Assembly (NCBI RefSeq): GCF_009834535.1 | Contig: NC_045697.1 | Span: 111,850,001 to 111,914,000, forward strand | Reading direction: 5' to 3' | Source of the DNA: Camelus ferus | Lineage: Eukaryota | Length of the DNA: 64,000 nt | Shown here: piece after piece, positions 39,940-53,764 of the stretch | How positions within the stretch are numbered: the first letter of the stretch is position 1 | Layout: every line of letters starts with the position of its first letter | The notes under the pieces: model-generated | The model's database searches: none | Seen by the model: only the letters and a program-made list of their open reading frames with translations | Told to the model about the DNA's origin: nothing | Program-made: the position numbers and the translations under genes

Positions 39940-40330
39940 TGCGCTGGAGCGACGGCGCGCGAGGTAAAGCGAGCGGTCCGAGCGGCCTGCGCGGTGTCCG
40001 CGGGGCTGTCCTCACATTCTGAGCCTCAGAGCTCGGGCAGCCGCGTTCCCCAGAAAGGTTAATGATCATAGCAGACAAGGTTGCTGGTGCTCAGCCCGAG
40101 CCCCTCGGCCTCAGGCCCCTCCTCCACCCGCTCCTCCCGCCCTGGCCGCGCCCCTTTATTTCCATAAGCAAATATTGGTGAAATAAACCATTCAAGCGCC
40201 CGGTAACTTGGGAGGAACTGTCCCCGGCAAGCTCCGGGGAGAGGCCCGACCTGGGCCTGGGGAGTGTGCAGCGCAAAGCCTGGCCTGGCCTCCTCCCTCA
40301 CCATTTACATCTGTTTACACTTTGCATTGT
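39940..40330 (-). promoter_or_regulatory. APELA promoter and 5' UTR, small CpG-rich patch
   Basis: On the minus strand: CCAAT (40174-40178), forkhead-like TATTTGCTT, then TATA-like AATAAA (40155-40160) followed by GC-rich sequence. TGTTTAC at about 40312. Confidence 0.6.
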
Positions 40331-42451
40331 CCACCCAGGTCCCACATGCAGAAACACACAGGAATGACAGGAAGTCTCCCATCCCTTTCGGAAGGAATTC
40401 TGAAGCTCTCACTTAGCCCGCCAGATGCTTTGTGGCAGAACATGCGCTGAAATGCTTTCTCTTTTCCAAACCTGCTGCAAAGTGGGGCCCCCTTGCCCGA
40501 AATCTCTAAATTGCTTAATCTGTGTGGCCTGGCATCCATAAACATTCCTGGGATTTAGAATGCTCTGAAATAAATCTGAGAAATGTTTATATTTTTCTTT
40601 TGTAAAGTTCAGTTTCTAAAGCAGTGGAGATCATTTTCATTTTCTTCTGTGGTACCTCCAGGATTTTAAAAAAAGTAAGTTCAGGCAAGGCACAAACTCA
40701 TCAAAGCTGTGTTCTGTTAAATGATTTACACATGGGTGGCAGATACAGCTCAGACACAGAAATTAGGAACGAGCTCAGAAGACAAAAGCAGTCTCGTGTC
40801 ATCTTCTGCACACATGCTCCAAGATGCCTTGTTGTTTGAAGTGCGTCCTTGCCTGTTACACGTAGCTGATACCAATGAAAATGTCTGTACTTACTGTAAA
40901 GTAAACTGAAACGCTAGTGTAGATACACTCAAATACAGGTAGATCCAAAATAGCAAATCCAGAGCATATGCAACTTGTGAATTGCCAGGAAGTTTGTTGT
41001 ATTTCCTGCCTCTCAATTCAGGGAGTTGGTACACAACCTTGGGCTTCCTGAGTTTTGAAATGAATGAGTAATTTTCTTGATCTTAGACATCAGTGTGTAA
41101 GAAGCCCTGCCTGCATCCTTATGCATGCACTTTTTAACGGGCAAGAGCACACAGAAACTCTTAAAATCACCTTCTTTAAATCCTGAGAATATTTGTCTGG
41201 GGGCTGGAAGTGTGGTGTTATAGGGTACCATGTTGCCTCGCTGCATTTGTACATCACACGGTAAAATCAACGGAACACAAGAGTGTGGACTCGATATAAA
41301 AGTGCCTCATGAATAGCACAGGGATTTTTCAGATTTCTCTCCCCAGCAAACTTCTCTGTACAGCACACTGGCAAGCCATGAGCTGACACAGTGGAGTGTT
41401 GAATTGAGCAAACCATCAGGAAACCAATATAGATTTTGCCAGTGTAACTTCAGGCCAAGTCTTAAGACTATTCAAACGTATAGTAGTGAGCTTTCTTTGT
41501 GGATAAGACGGTGACCACCACAAACTGCGTATACTGATTACAATTTTATATTTCATTACCAGATGATCGACGATGAGCTCCTACCTAAAATATGGCTAAT
41601 AAAAGCAGAAGATATCTCCAGCGGTCAGGATACAGCAAAGTGCTGTATTTAAGTCATCTAATCCATTTGAACATCAGTTTTCTTATTTTAAAAAATTGAA
41701 ATAAAATATATTAGCAAGATAATATATTATATTTATGGAAGTTAAGACATTATTTATTTATATAATTTACCATTATTCTTTCCAAAAATAACTCAAGGAA
41801 GAAATTGATGAGGTTGGTGATGGAGAAGCAGCAGTTGTTTTTTGGAGAACAGTAAAACAGTGTATAAAGGCGATGGGCAAGCTGAAATGCTAGACACCGA
41901 AGGGCAGCGACATGTGACCCGGCATTTCTATGGGACGTGGGTCACCAGCGGTGGTCAATCATTCATGTTCGTGCTGAACAAGCAGGTCTGGGGAAGACTT
42001 GTAGCAGAGTGCTAAGTCGTAAAGACGCACATGTCTCTGCACACAGCAGCCAAGCTCAGCTGGATGAAATCATGTCATCCTGGTTCATGTGAACAGAAAC
42101 CCCCACTCACAGCCCACCTGCGGCACAGGCTGGCTTCCTTGGAGTGAGCCACGCACTGTCCCTCTGGGCCAGTACCATGCTAAGTGCATCACACACATCC
42201 CTTCACTCAGTCCTCCCCAAACACTCGGAACTTTCTGCTCCCTGTTTATCAGATGAGAAAGCTAACAACTGAAGAGGGTGTAGCCTCCAAGGCTACACAG
42301 CCGGGAAGAGGAATAGATGGAATTCAAACTCCTTGACCTGGGTCCATGACCATTTCATTGTCCTCCCCTCTAAGGCCCCAAATCCTAGTTCTTATAACAA
42401 TAGCCTATTGCAGTGAGTCTAAAAACAAGGATAAATTAGGAATACACATCT

Positions 42452-42870
42452 TATGTTGGGTTGAAGAGCGTTCCCCCCAAATTCAGGTCAACCTGGAACC
42501 TCACGTTGTTTGGAAGTGAGGTCTTTGCAGATGTCATTCGTTAAGATGAGGTCATACTGGAGCAGAGCAGGTCCTAAAGCCAACATGACCGGCGTCCTTA
42601 AGAAAAAAGGGCAGGCACGGGGGCACACGGGGACAAACAGGGAGAGGGCCACATGACAACAGATGCAGAGACTGGAGTTTGCCAGCAACCACCAGAAGTT
42701 AAGACAGAGGCATGGAACAGATTCTCTCTCTGAGCCTCCAAGAAGAAACCAACCCTGCCAACACTGATTTTGGACTTTGGCTGCTGAGATGGTAAGAGAA
42801 TACATTTCTGTTGTTTTAAACCACTCGTTTGTGGTACTTTATTACAGCAGCTTTAGGAAACCAATATACT
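42452..42870 (+). mobile_element. MaLR MLT1-type LTR
   Basis: gtctttgcagatg...ttaagatgaggtcatactgga...ccaccagaag...aaccaaccctgccaacac...tttgtggtactttattacagcagc. Confidence 0.85.
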
Positions 42871-43389
42871 ACTATATATTCACATGTTCTCCAAGTAGAC
42901 ATATTCCCTATATAATTCTATAAAAACATACTCATTTTTACGGTGGCATACTGTGTATGTCGGGTATTTAACAAAATTTGTCATATTTAGACATGATAAT
43001 ATCATGTAAGTTTCATCTCCATTTTACAGATGAGAGAACAAACTCAGGGAAGTAAATGACTTGCCCCCAAATCAAAACAAAACAAAAACAGCTAATGGCA
43101 AGGCCAAGATGAGGCCAGTGTCCACAGCCCAGAGCCTCTTCCTCCTGTGACTTTGATCCTGAGAGGTCCTGCCCCACCTCGCTTGTCGTCTTCCTCACCT
43201 GCATCTCACTCTTCGTTCCAGCCTCGGGCTTCGCTCCTGCGCCCCTTTCAAACCCTTCAGCCAGACATCTGAAACAGAGTCTGCCTGGGTGTCTCACCCC
43301 CTCCCCGCTTCTCCTAGATATCGGGCTCACACTTTTCACTGGATGCTGAAACCAGTGTGTCTCACGTAAAGTTATTAAACTTTCAGACA

Positions 43390-43505
43390 GGAGAGGGAGG
43401 TAATTAAGTTTATCTATTTAGTTTTTGATAGAAGTACTGGGGATTGAACCCAGGACCTCACACATGCTAAGGACACACTCTGCCACTGATCTATACCTTC
43501 CCTTC
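43390..43505 (-). mobile_element. tRNA-derived SINE
   Basis: gtactggggattgaacccaggacctcacacatgctaag. Confidence 0.8.
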
Positions 43506-44392
43506 TTCGAATAGACCTTTTTGGTGAGCACTACAAACGATCCAGATCAGGCTAACTTCTGCTCACATTTTCTCTTTGCTTATTTTTGCTCATGTTGTGC
43601 ATGTCTTTTCTTTGAAAAGACCTCCTCTGTTTGTCCCAGTTTTACCTGTTTGAAGTCCTAATGGTTCAGGATTTAATCCAGTCTAAGATCGGTTCAACAA
43701 ATATTTCACTAATTCACTTACATCCAGTTCCAGTCTCTGATTTTAGAGACTACGGATAAAATGAGGAATCAGATGTAGTCCCTACTCTTAAATTTAATGT
43801 TTACTCACTAAATTTTATCTAATCTAATTTGATTTTCTTTTACATTTGATAGATTTCTCTATAAGCGTTTCTTGATTCCTGCCAACTGAAAATGATTTCA
43901 GTTCTGTTCTGGGAATCTGGAAAACATCCTCTGTTATCATAGCCTTTTCACCACCATAGTACTTAGTGCCTCCCTTGTGGCCCATCACTCTTTCATACTG
44001 ATCTGACAGTTTCCCGAGGACATATGGACTCCTGCAGAAACAAAAACTCCTTGAGTGGACAGCCTTGCCCTCTCTCCTCTTGATGTCTTCAATGGAGCCT
44101 AGAAATACTGAATTCATATTGATTGGATGGAAATTATGAGATACTAAAAAATGAATGCGTGAGAACTTAAAACCAATATGGCTCCAGAAGTGAATAAAGG
44201 AATATGTGAAAAATATTTACCTAGAAAAGTGAAAAAGCAAAAAAAAAAAATAAATAAATAAATAAAAGACAAGTTCAAGAATTGATTACAGCAAATACTA
44301 GGATAGCAGTTTTTGGAACTTGACCTAACTAAGGATAGAAACTGAGTTACCTTTCAAGTCTGAAAAGTTGTGTTCTGTAACTATGCTCATAA

Positions 44393-44894
44393 TGTAACAG
44401 AGAAGAACAAATCTGTTCCCCTGCTTTAATCCTGTGCTGTTTCCTGGGCTTAGTCATACTGGTTCTGCACCTTTTTAATTAAAAAGAATGTTGCCTACGG
44501 CCTGAAATAGACAGGAGAGCCCATCCTCAAGGCTCTGCCCTTTAAGGGTGTAAAGCTTTCCCATCCATGTAGAGAGAAAAGTTGCAGAACAGAGAATAAC
44601 ATTTGCCTTGTTAGAGGTTTACAGGGACACCATGACCTGACCGACATGGACAGCTGCAAGAACAAAGGATCCAGACACCAAGAAGTTTGCAACAACCAAC
44701 CACACCCCCTCCTCTTTTAGTATAAAAGGAGCCCGAATTCTGACTTGGGGAAGAGGGTTCTCCAGGATATTAGTCCCCCATCTTCTCTGTCTGTGGGCTT
44801 TCTGAATAAAGTAGATTTTCCTTGTCCCAACACCTCGTCTCCCGATTTATTGGCCTGTCATATGGTGAGCAGAACGAGTTTGGACTCAGTAACA
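44393..44894 (+). mobile_element. ERV solo LTR (family A) with 4-bp TSD
   Basis: TGTAAC...GTAACA flanked by ATAA on both sides; TATAAAA at about 44721 and AATAAA at about 44805. Confidence 0.9.
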
Positions 44895-45364
44895 ATAACC
44901 TGTGATTTACTTACCTCTATAAAATGTAAATTTCATGTGGGTAGGACATTTTGCCTGTTTTCTTCATTGCTGTATCTTTGTTATCTAACTTATTGTTGAA
45001 TAAAATTCCACTCTAAGCATCCTAGTAAAGTCGATCTTAACATTATCAGGATCTGCTCTTGATTCCTGGTTAGACACCTGTCTCTCTTTATGGTGGGAGT
45101 AATCCTCGCCCATAGATGGAAACATTCAAAAGTGGAGACAGACCTTGGCTTACTCGAGAGTCTTTCTTTCCAAGAGTGTTTTCTTTTTGATTCTCAATTG
45201 CATGGATGATGTCGACTTCCCCTACCAACACCTTGCTCTAACTTCAATTATCTACTGGGGGCCTCGTTTCCTTTTGGCTGCCCATTCTTCCACTTCGCTG
45301 CTGTCTGATTCTCTGGATTTCACACCAGTACATGACTTCTGGTTTTGATATACGCTTTTTCTTT

Positions 45365-46260
45365 CTTTCTATTTTTTAAATTGAAATACAGTAAGTTTAT
45401 GTGTCAATTTCTGGTGTACAGCATAATGTTTCAGTCATATATATGCATACATATATTCCTTTTCATATTCTTTTTCTTTATACTACAAGATATTGAATAT
45501 AGTTCCCTGTGCTATACAGAAGGAACTTATTTATTGTATATATACTAGTTAATATTTGCAAATCTTGAACTCCCAATTTATCCCTTCCCACCCTCTTTCC
45601 CAGGTAACCATAAGATTGTTTGCTATGTCTGCAAGTCTGTTTCTGTTTTGTAGGTAAGTTCATTAGTGTCTTCTTTTTATTTTTTTTAGATTCTACATAT
45701 GAGTGATATCACATGGTGTTTTTCTTTTTTTTTTTTCTGGCTTACTTCACTTAGAATCATGATCTTCAGATCCATCCATGTTGTTGCAAATGGCATTATT
45801 TTATTCTTTTTTATGGCTGAATAGTATTCCATTGTATAAATATACCACATCTTCTTTATCCAGTCATCTGTCAATGGATATTTAGGTTGCTTCCATGTCT
45901 TGGCTATTGTAAGTAGTGCTGCTATGAACATTGGGGTGCATGTATCTTTTTGAAGTAGAGTTCCTTCTGGATGTATGCCCAGGAGTGGGATTGCTGGATC
46001 ATATGGTAAGTCTATTTTTAGTTTTTTGAGAAATCTCCATACTGTTTTCCATAATGGCTGCACCAAACTACATTCCTACCAACAATGTAGGAGGCTTCCC
46101 TTTTCTCCACACCCTCTCCAGCATTTATTGTTTGTGCACTTTTGAATGATGGCCATTCTGATTGCTAGGATGGGATATCTCATTGTAGTTTTGATTTGCA
46201 TTTCTCTGATAATTAGTGATATTGAGCACTTTTTCACATGCCTATTGGCCACTTGGATAT
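45365..46260 (-). mobile_element. LINE-1 3' fragment (ORF2 C-terminus)
   Basis: ORFs 45686-46315 encode [30 protein letters not shown]...CTPMFIAAL...WYIYTMEYYSAIKKN. Confidence 0.95.
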
Positions 46261-48515
46261 ACACTTGTCTTTTGATCCTTGGTTTCATTTTGACCACTTC
46301 TGAGTCTAGACCCATTCCCTGCTTTTTAGTTATTCCCTATATTAGTTCTTCTAGTCCTCCCTTAATTATCTACTGCTATTCCCAAATTAACACAGAAGAA
46401 GAAACTAACAACAGAAGTTATAGAAAACAAATGTGGTAAAATGATTATAAATCAATAAAAAAAAGTTTTAAAAAAAGAAGTTATAGAAAACAGTCATAGT
46501 AAATTTTAAAAAAAATATTGTTTTTGAAAATGTGTGTGACTAAAATTGGCATTCTCTATGCTTAGAGGAAATGGTGAATTAGACATGGTAGAGATATCAA
46601 ATGTATAAAATTAGGCTATCGAGCATGCTAAGACATTTATTCAGTATGATGCTCACTCAAAAATTTTCCCAGGATCTTCCTGGGCACATGTGCTAGTTGA
46701 AAAAACATTACTGATCATAAATGCGGCATCAAGCTAACATCTGAGCCAAAAGATATATTTTCACAAGAAACCATAACTCCAAAAAAGGCATGCACTTTTG
46801 ACAGTATGGATATCTTTCTATCCTTCATATGCCTGGCAAATCTGGAAAAAAAAAAATGACTACTACATAGATATGGATGTAGCAGACTCTCAATTATATC
46901 AGGTACAAAAATAATAGAGGCAACAACATATGTGTTGCATTCATATGTGCCAACATTCAGACACCCTCTGCATTGTGGTGATTCTTACCCAGGCTACTGG
47001 GTTAAAGTGATTGACCAAATGGCATCAAGAAAACTTTTGTTCTTGTGAGACATTAAAAAGAGATATTGGTGATCTTTACATAGTTTTCTAATGTAGAATA
47101 AATTAGGTAAAAAATTGTTTGATTGACATAGGAACAATCCCACTTCATAATATTTCTCTCTTTAAAAATAAAAAAAAAAGAAAGAAATGAGACACTTTGG
47201 GTTTATCTTCTCTACTCTGACTTTTAACCTTGGTTACAGGCTTATTTTTTGTCTTTATCAAAAACAGTCTTAAGAATTTTCATAATAGATCCAAATGACT
47301 TCTAGACAACAATTATTGTTTACTAGGTGAATTATATGTGATGTAGAGCTGCTAATAAGCCTGGCGTGGAAGTTCTTTAAAGGCGTATTTAAGACTTTGA
47401 GAGTCATGGAGTTCTGAATCTCTTCTGAACCACAGAGCTTGAGGGGGCTAGAGTTTAACATTAAGCTGATAGAACAGAAACTTGATCTTTGAATCTTGGC
47501 TTGTGATGATTTTGTTCATCACCTAAAGTGAAGGTCATTTGGTGTAACGGAAATAGCATGACCTTAGGAGTCAGGCAACTTGAATTTTTAGTCCTGCCTG
47601 GCTCCTGTCACTAAGTCATATGGCTTTGGTCAGGTTAATTTATCAAATCCCTCATTTAAAATATGAGGTATTTAGTCTTTAAGTTTGCAGATTCTTAGGT
47701 TCTCTGAAACCCTAACTTTTGGCTCTATTTCAGTTTCCTTTGGCTGAAAATTTAAGAAGTTTCATTAATTCATGTAATAAACATGAAATGAACAGTTGAT
47801 GTATGCAGAGATTTTGTTGCATTTTATGAGAAAGAAAAAGATAAGCCCAAAGCATCCTTGTCTCAAATAGACCCCTTGTGTGGTAGCTTGCCAATTGATG
47901 TGTGGTTGACAAAGTACAGAAAACTTTGTTGATCAATTTCCAAGCATTTCATCCTTTCAATCCTGACCTTCACTCCCTAGTAACATCCTGCAAAATATCA
48001 CTTCTCTTTCCCAGACAATACAGTCCAATTAATGTTATCCCAAGGTATTTGGACGGGTTGTCTAGCATTGCTGCACTTTGCCTGACTTTCTTCCTGATAA
48101 TTAGTCAAGAACAATGTTCAGCTTTTTCGTTTCTACAGTGAGTGCCCACATGAACTATTTGACAAGAATGTTGGAAAGAGTTCCCTCATGCCTCTTGACT
48201 GGGCTGAAAGGAATATTTTATTATTATTTATTATCATGGTGCTACCTCTGCATTCCCCAAACTTGGCATCCAGACTAGAAATGTTTGTGATCAATTACTC
48301 AATTACTGTGACTCCCTTAGATTTGTTGAGCCCACATCACACACAACAATATTGAAACCAGTTTTTGTGCTACTGAGGTCCAATAAAGGTCCTTGAAATA
48401 TAAATATATGTTATATATATGGAATGTTAGAAATGAAATCTGGTGTCTTTTTTTATACAAATGAGAAAACTGGCATTAAATGGCTTTACGTGGGCTCTAC
48501 TGAGCAATTATCTGT

Positions 48516-48612
48516 TGGGGAGGGTACAGCTCAGTGGTAGAGTGCACGCTTAGCATGCACGAGATCCTAGGTTCAATACCCAGTACCCTCATTTATAAAA
48601 ATAAAATAATAG
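48516..48612 (+). mobile_element. tRNA-Ala(AGC)-derived SINE
   Basis: ggggagggtacagctcagtggtagagtgcacgcttagcatgcacgagatcctaggttcaatacccagtac followed by an A-rich tail. Confidence 0.85.
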
Positions 48613-49557
48613 ATGGCTTGCCAAAAGCCAAAGCAAGTTAATGATAGAACAAACGTGCACCATAATGGATCTTGTTAGAAGCAAGTTTAATGTGAAAGAA
48701 TCTCTCTATCACCTACTATATGATAAGCATTATTGTAGACCTTTACTTGAATTAACTAGTTTAATCCTCACAACAACCCTCTTATGTCTGTTTTATAAAT
48801 TAGGCAATTTAGTATAGAGAAATGAGATAGTTTCCCAAGGTTACGTAGCTAGTAAACAGCAGACCTAGGGTTTGACCCCAGAGTTCCTCTTCTGAGCTGC
48901 TTGCTACCTCTCCACACCTGCAGGAATAAAACCATCCTTTTCATATGTTAAACTTTGTGGAGCCCTTCTTAATATTTAATGAAAATGATTTTGTATTTTT
49001 AATAAGACTTTATTTGAATTTAAATTCTATTCATGCTTTTGTCTTCAAATGAACATATAGATTTCTGACTGAGGAACTCCCAGTCAAACGCTATTTTTCA
49101 GAAATATAATGGTGTTAAGAGTTATAGAATATGTACGCACGTATGCATGTACTTAGAGACACTGAATTATTTAGGTTCGGCTACTACTTTCTTGAGAACA
49201 GCTTTAAGACAGCCACTTACTCTGTAACACAAGCACAGGACTCTGTAGAAGACATGATGCTAATTTGCCAAGAAATAAACTAGATGGAGAGTTGTAGGTG
49301 TGTCTTTCAACTTCCACCCCTTTTCTTACTCAAATCAGAGCTCCATGTTGAAGTTAATTTCTTTTTAAGCATCTATAAGTCAGCACATATGGATCCAATT
49401 ACTTAATTGTCTGCAGAGTTGTAAGGGCAGTGACTTCCACTGATTTCAGCCAGCCTGTCAGATTTTCACTGCACACTGAAGGATGGCTCCTCTAACTGAC
49501 CCTTTGTCCTTTGTGGAGGAAGCCAATCAGTGCAGATGCTGTTGGGTGAGCGGTACC

Positions 49558-49559
<2 letters not shown>

Positions 49560-49604
<45 letters not shown>
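49560..49604. repeat. (TG)n microsatellite, about 22 units
   Basis: Seen directly. Confidence 0.95.
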
Positions 49605-49608
<4 letters not shown>

Positions 49609-50533
49609 AAGAAAAAATGTTTATGGTGATCTAGTCATTTGAAAAGGTAAAGAATAAAGTGTCAAGTAAAAGGGGAAAATGAGAAGAAAGAAGTGGAGGG
49701 AGCAAGACAAAAGGAAAGAGAGCTTACATGTTCAGGAATTTCAATGGAGTCTTTGTTTACTTTTAGGAAAATCAGTTTTACAGATTTAATTACCACACAA
49801 CATGATTATTCCTGGTAAAATGGAACCCTAAAGCCACACCAAGTTAAACTAGAATTTAAGGAAGTTGGAGAGCTGGAATCATAGTCTCATAGAAACAAAA
49901 AATTTGGAAATACTTTGCTAGGCATCTAATCAGACCTCAGCACGAGAGGTAAAGAGGCTCGTTAACATAGCAAAATGTTTCCTCCTGATTATGGCAGACA
50001 ACAACACAGTGCCATTTTCCATAAAATCTCACCTTAAAGATAAAATTGACAGGGGTGAGCAACCTCTTCGTTCAGTTTTCTGCTGAATCTCTGCTTTGTT
50101 TCTCTGTTTTTCATCTCCTTCTTTTAAAAAAATCTAATGCAAGAGTACTGATGTCGGCAAAATAGAGTGGAAGGAAATTCTCGAGGCAGAATCACTAAGA
50201 AGCTGGCTTGCTTCTCTACCACTTTGGAGACCATATCCCTCTACTTTTAATGAATTTTCTGTACTACCTACAAGTAAGGAATGAAGCACAGATAATTGGC
50301 AGGTGGAATCCACTTAAACCATCCCTCAAATTGTCATGAGGGTCTGGGTTAGCAAGATTCTCTTGTCTCATAGACAGGGGTTCACTAATGACAGGGGTTA
50401 CATTGTTTACTCCCACACTAATGGCCTTTTCCTCCCCTCACCTGGGAGAAAGAGTTGGATCAAGTACTAGCCAGTCCCTCCTGAACACAAACCAAGCATA
50501 ACATAGCATAAATATAGCATTACTAAGCAGTGC

Positions 50534-50680
50534 TGTTACCGAGTCCAGACTCCTTCTGCTTGCCACATGATAAGCCCGTATATTGGGAGACGATGTAATG
50601 GGGCAAGGAATAATGACTTTATTCAGAAAGCCAGAAGGTCTAGAAGATGGTGGACTAGTGTCCCAAAGAGCCTTCCTCCC
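50534..50680 (-). mobile_element. Partial family-A-related LTR (3' end)
   Basis: tgttaccgagtccagactc...ggggcaaggaata..gactttattcagaaagc. Confidence 0.7.
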
Positions 50681-52979
50681 TACAATGGCTTTTCCTTCTT
50701 GGTCTTGGCTACTCCCTCTAATATCCTCTCATACTCTCCTGTTTACTTATCTTTGGCCATTCAATGTGCTCTTCGATGTTGTAAAATATATTTGTTTGTC
50801 TCTGCCCACTAGAATATAAACTCTGTGAAAGTGGGGGTCTTGTCTCTACTCATAGACCGTTGAGCAGTGCGTGGTACAGAGTAGGACTCAGTAAACACTT
50901 GCTGAATAACCGAACGAATGCAAGAGGATCTGCATGTTCTGTATTTACCCTTTCGATTAGACATGAACACCGAAGTGTCCCCACAAGAACTTGAGTGCAT
51001 TCTGGGTGTGGCTATGGGGGATTTAAAGACTTCATTGTCACTGCAGGAAACTTCTTGACTCTTACTATAACATTGCATGCTAATACCTTAATCTGTGTTC
51101 ATAAACACTAACCTTTGTAAGTCCCAAGAGCTTACCTCCAAGTAACAAAATATAATTAAAAAAATTTTTAACTTGTATATGTACATGAGGTAACTAATTT
51201 ATTTTCAGTAATCATAAGGCAAAAAAAAAAAAAAAAAAACCCAAAACCCCAAGGTTAGAGGACAAAGAACAAATGGGATATAATTTCTTCAACATTCAAT
51301 AATAATTTAACATTTCTGAGGCTTTTACCAGACTGGGAAATGATCTTTTCCAGGGTAAATTCCATCTTCCCTGTATATGCTTCTATATTCTGACCACCCA
51401 GGCAACAAACCATTTTTATGACTCAACGACTTTAAGTTCAGGGGAAAATGTTTATATGGTCATGTAGTTGGGAAGTTATTTTTCTTGCTTTGTGAAAGCA
51501 TCTTATTTGCACAGCCTGCAGACAAAGGCAAGGGCGAAATCCCACCAGTGTGCTCTGTCAGTGTCGGCACAGAACAGAGGACACAGCCCAGGGCTGACTC
51601 ATTGTGTTCCGAAGACCTGGCCTGTGGGTCACAAAATACCAGACACAGGGAGCCATTCAAACATACTGTGTCCTCCCTTTGTGTCCAGAGAAGCAGAAAA
51701 CAAACCACCGACTGACAAAGGTCACCTCTGGATTAATGACTGGTAGGTTTAATTTATGCAAATGTCTCAAGCTTCAACCTACGAGCTTTACAAATTAGAT
51801 TAATAGTGGCCATTTCAGGGATTTTTGTAAGCCCTGAGAAACTAAAACACTGGTTCTGAAGGAATCAATTACGTTGGTTTAAAAACTGTGTCCAGGTTTT
51901 CAGATAACGGATGACAGAAGGGCTATTGAAAAGACCCTTACATTTTATTTTTACTTCCTCTAAAATCTTAGGGTTTAAACACAAGCATGCATTTTAATTC
52001 AATTATTATTTTACCATGTGGGCAAAAACTGTCTGTCTTATTCTCCATGGAAACTGCCTACACCAACAGAAAAGTCAAAGCAATCTACCTTACGACACTC
52101 AGCCAGTAATATCTGAGCCTCTGCCTTTTTGACGTTGGAATTTTTGAACCACACCTCTTTCTGCGCCCACCCGAAATGGAATAAAGCACGATGTATGTAG
52201 AAAAAGGTGTGAGGAAGAAGAAAATATGACTCATGATCCTGCCACTTAGAGGCAGTCACTATTAAAATTTTGGAGCATTCCTTCCTTTCTTTAAAAATAT
52301 TTCCCCCTATTCTCCTCATTCTCATGTTGCCCCATATTCTAATGAATGTGTCTCTCTCCACATTTGGTGGCTGACCTGTTCCATCATTTTGTACTTTGGA
52401 GTCACGTCAGGCACGAGAGTGCTAGTCTGGCTAAGTTTTGTCCTGTAATGACTAGCCTTAAAAAAACTGTGCCTGGTGTTTGGATGGTTTTCTTATTTTA
52501 AATGATAGCTCAGAATAATTTTTAAAATAAATATTCTGCTGTGAAATTGCATTCCTCCAAATCAGGATAATATGCTTTATTCATTTCTAGAGAGAGAAAC
52601 AAAAACTTAAGAACACTCAAGAAACATTCCTCCTAATTAATGGAGTTCCACTGGGAAAGGATCCAGGTTTTGAGGGGAGTATACAGTAAAAGAATTAGAA
52701 AAGGACAATTAATGGTTTCTAGTTACTTAAAATTGGTACTTGGACCCAGAGTTCAGCTACTCACTAGTTTGCATCTGTGTATAAAAAATAAAGTTGTGAA
52801 TTAAACCTTAAATCATGAAACAAGAGTCTACCAGAATGGCTTTATTTAACTCCACGTACATTGCTCAATAGCAAAGCTGTTTCTGTTTTCCTTTGTGCTA
52901 GCTCAGTCCTAAGATACATGTAAGTGCCTTGCAGTGTAGTTGGTGTTAGTTTCATCTTTATTAAAAGAGAAAACTTTTA

Positions 52980-53240
52980 GGGAAGGGGAGGGATAAATTA
53001 GGAGATGGGGATTAATAGATGCACATTACTGTATAGAAAATAGATAAGCGACAAGGACCTCCTGTATAGCACGGGGAACTATAGTCAATTTCTTGTAATA
53101 AACTATAATGGAAAAGAATTTGAAAATTATGTATGTGTATATATTATATATATATATAACTGAATCACTTTACTGTACATATGAAACTAGCATTGTAAAT
53201 CAACTACACTTCAATAAAAAAGAAAATTAAAAAAAAAGAA
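52980..53240 (+). mobile_element. LINE-1 3' UTR fragment
   Basis: gggataaattaggag...caaggacctcctgtatagcac...aactgaatcactt...caactacacttcaataaaaa; similar fragments at about 18950-19145 and 55495-55890. Confidence 0.8.
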
Positions 53241-53716
53241 AGAAATTTTATCCTGATCTTATCAAAATATGTTCATTATATAGTGAGATGGACAAGTCAG
53301 GAATGCTTAGGCAGTGAGGCAGTGTGTGTGTGTGTGTGTGCGTGTGTGTAAGGGAGGGTCAGATTCAGACTTAACTGAATTGCCTGCCTTCTTCGACCAC
53401 TGCTTTTCTCAGCCACTTCCTTCTCTAGAATTTACCTATGAAAAGTTACTTTGTAACTTAGAAAAATTTTAAATTATAGAGTGCTTCTCATTTTTTAAGA
53501 CTAATTTGGATCTCTAGAGATGCAAGAAGAAAAAGAGCCAATCTTGTTTCTAGTATTTCAGGGGACGGGGAGAAGGTATAGTCAGGACTTTTATGCAGAA
53601 GGAGTATTTTGGTTTGTTTTGGCTTTTGGTTTTTGTTTTATCTCCCAGGTAGCTCCTCACCCTGGAGAATGTTAAAGTTACATATTAGACAAAGATTTAG
53701 CTTTCAAACGTTTTCT

Positions 53717-53763
<47 letters not shown>

Positions 53764-53764
53764 G
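53717..53764. repeat. (TTG)n microsatellite
   Basis: Seen directly; it produces the poly-Leu run in ORF 53609-53989. Confidence 0.95.

Noticed and set aside
45686..46315. ORFs of 126 and 79 aa
   Set aside because: LINE-1 ORF2 C-terminal remnants.
48516..48590. tRNA-Ala(AGC)-like sequences here and at other SINE sites
   Set aside because: Mismatched stems, A-rich tails, TSDs and many diverged copies identify them as SINEs, not tRNA genes.
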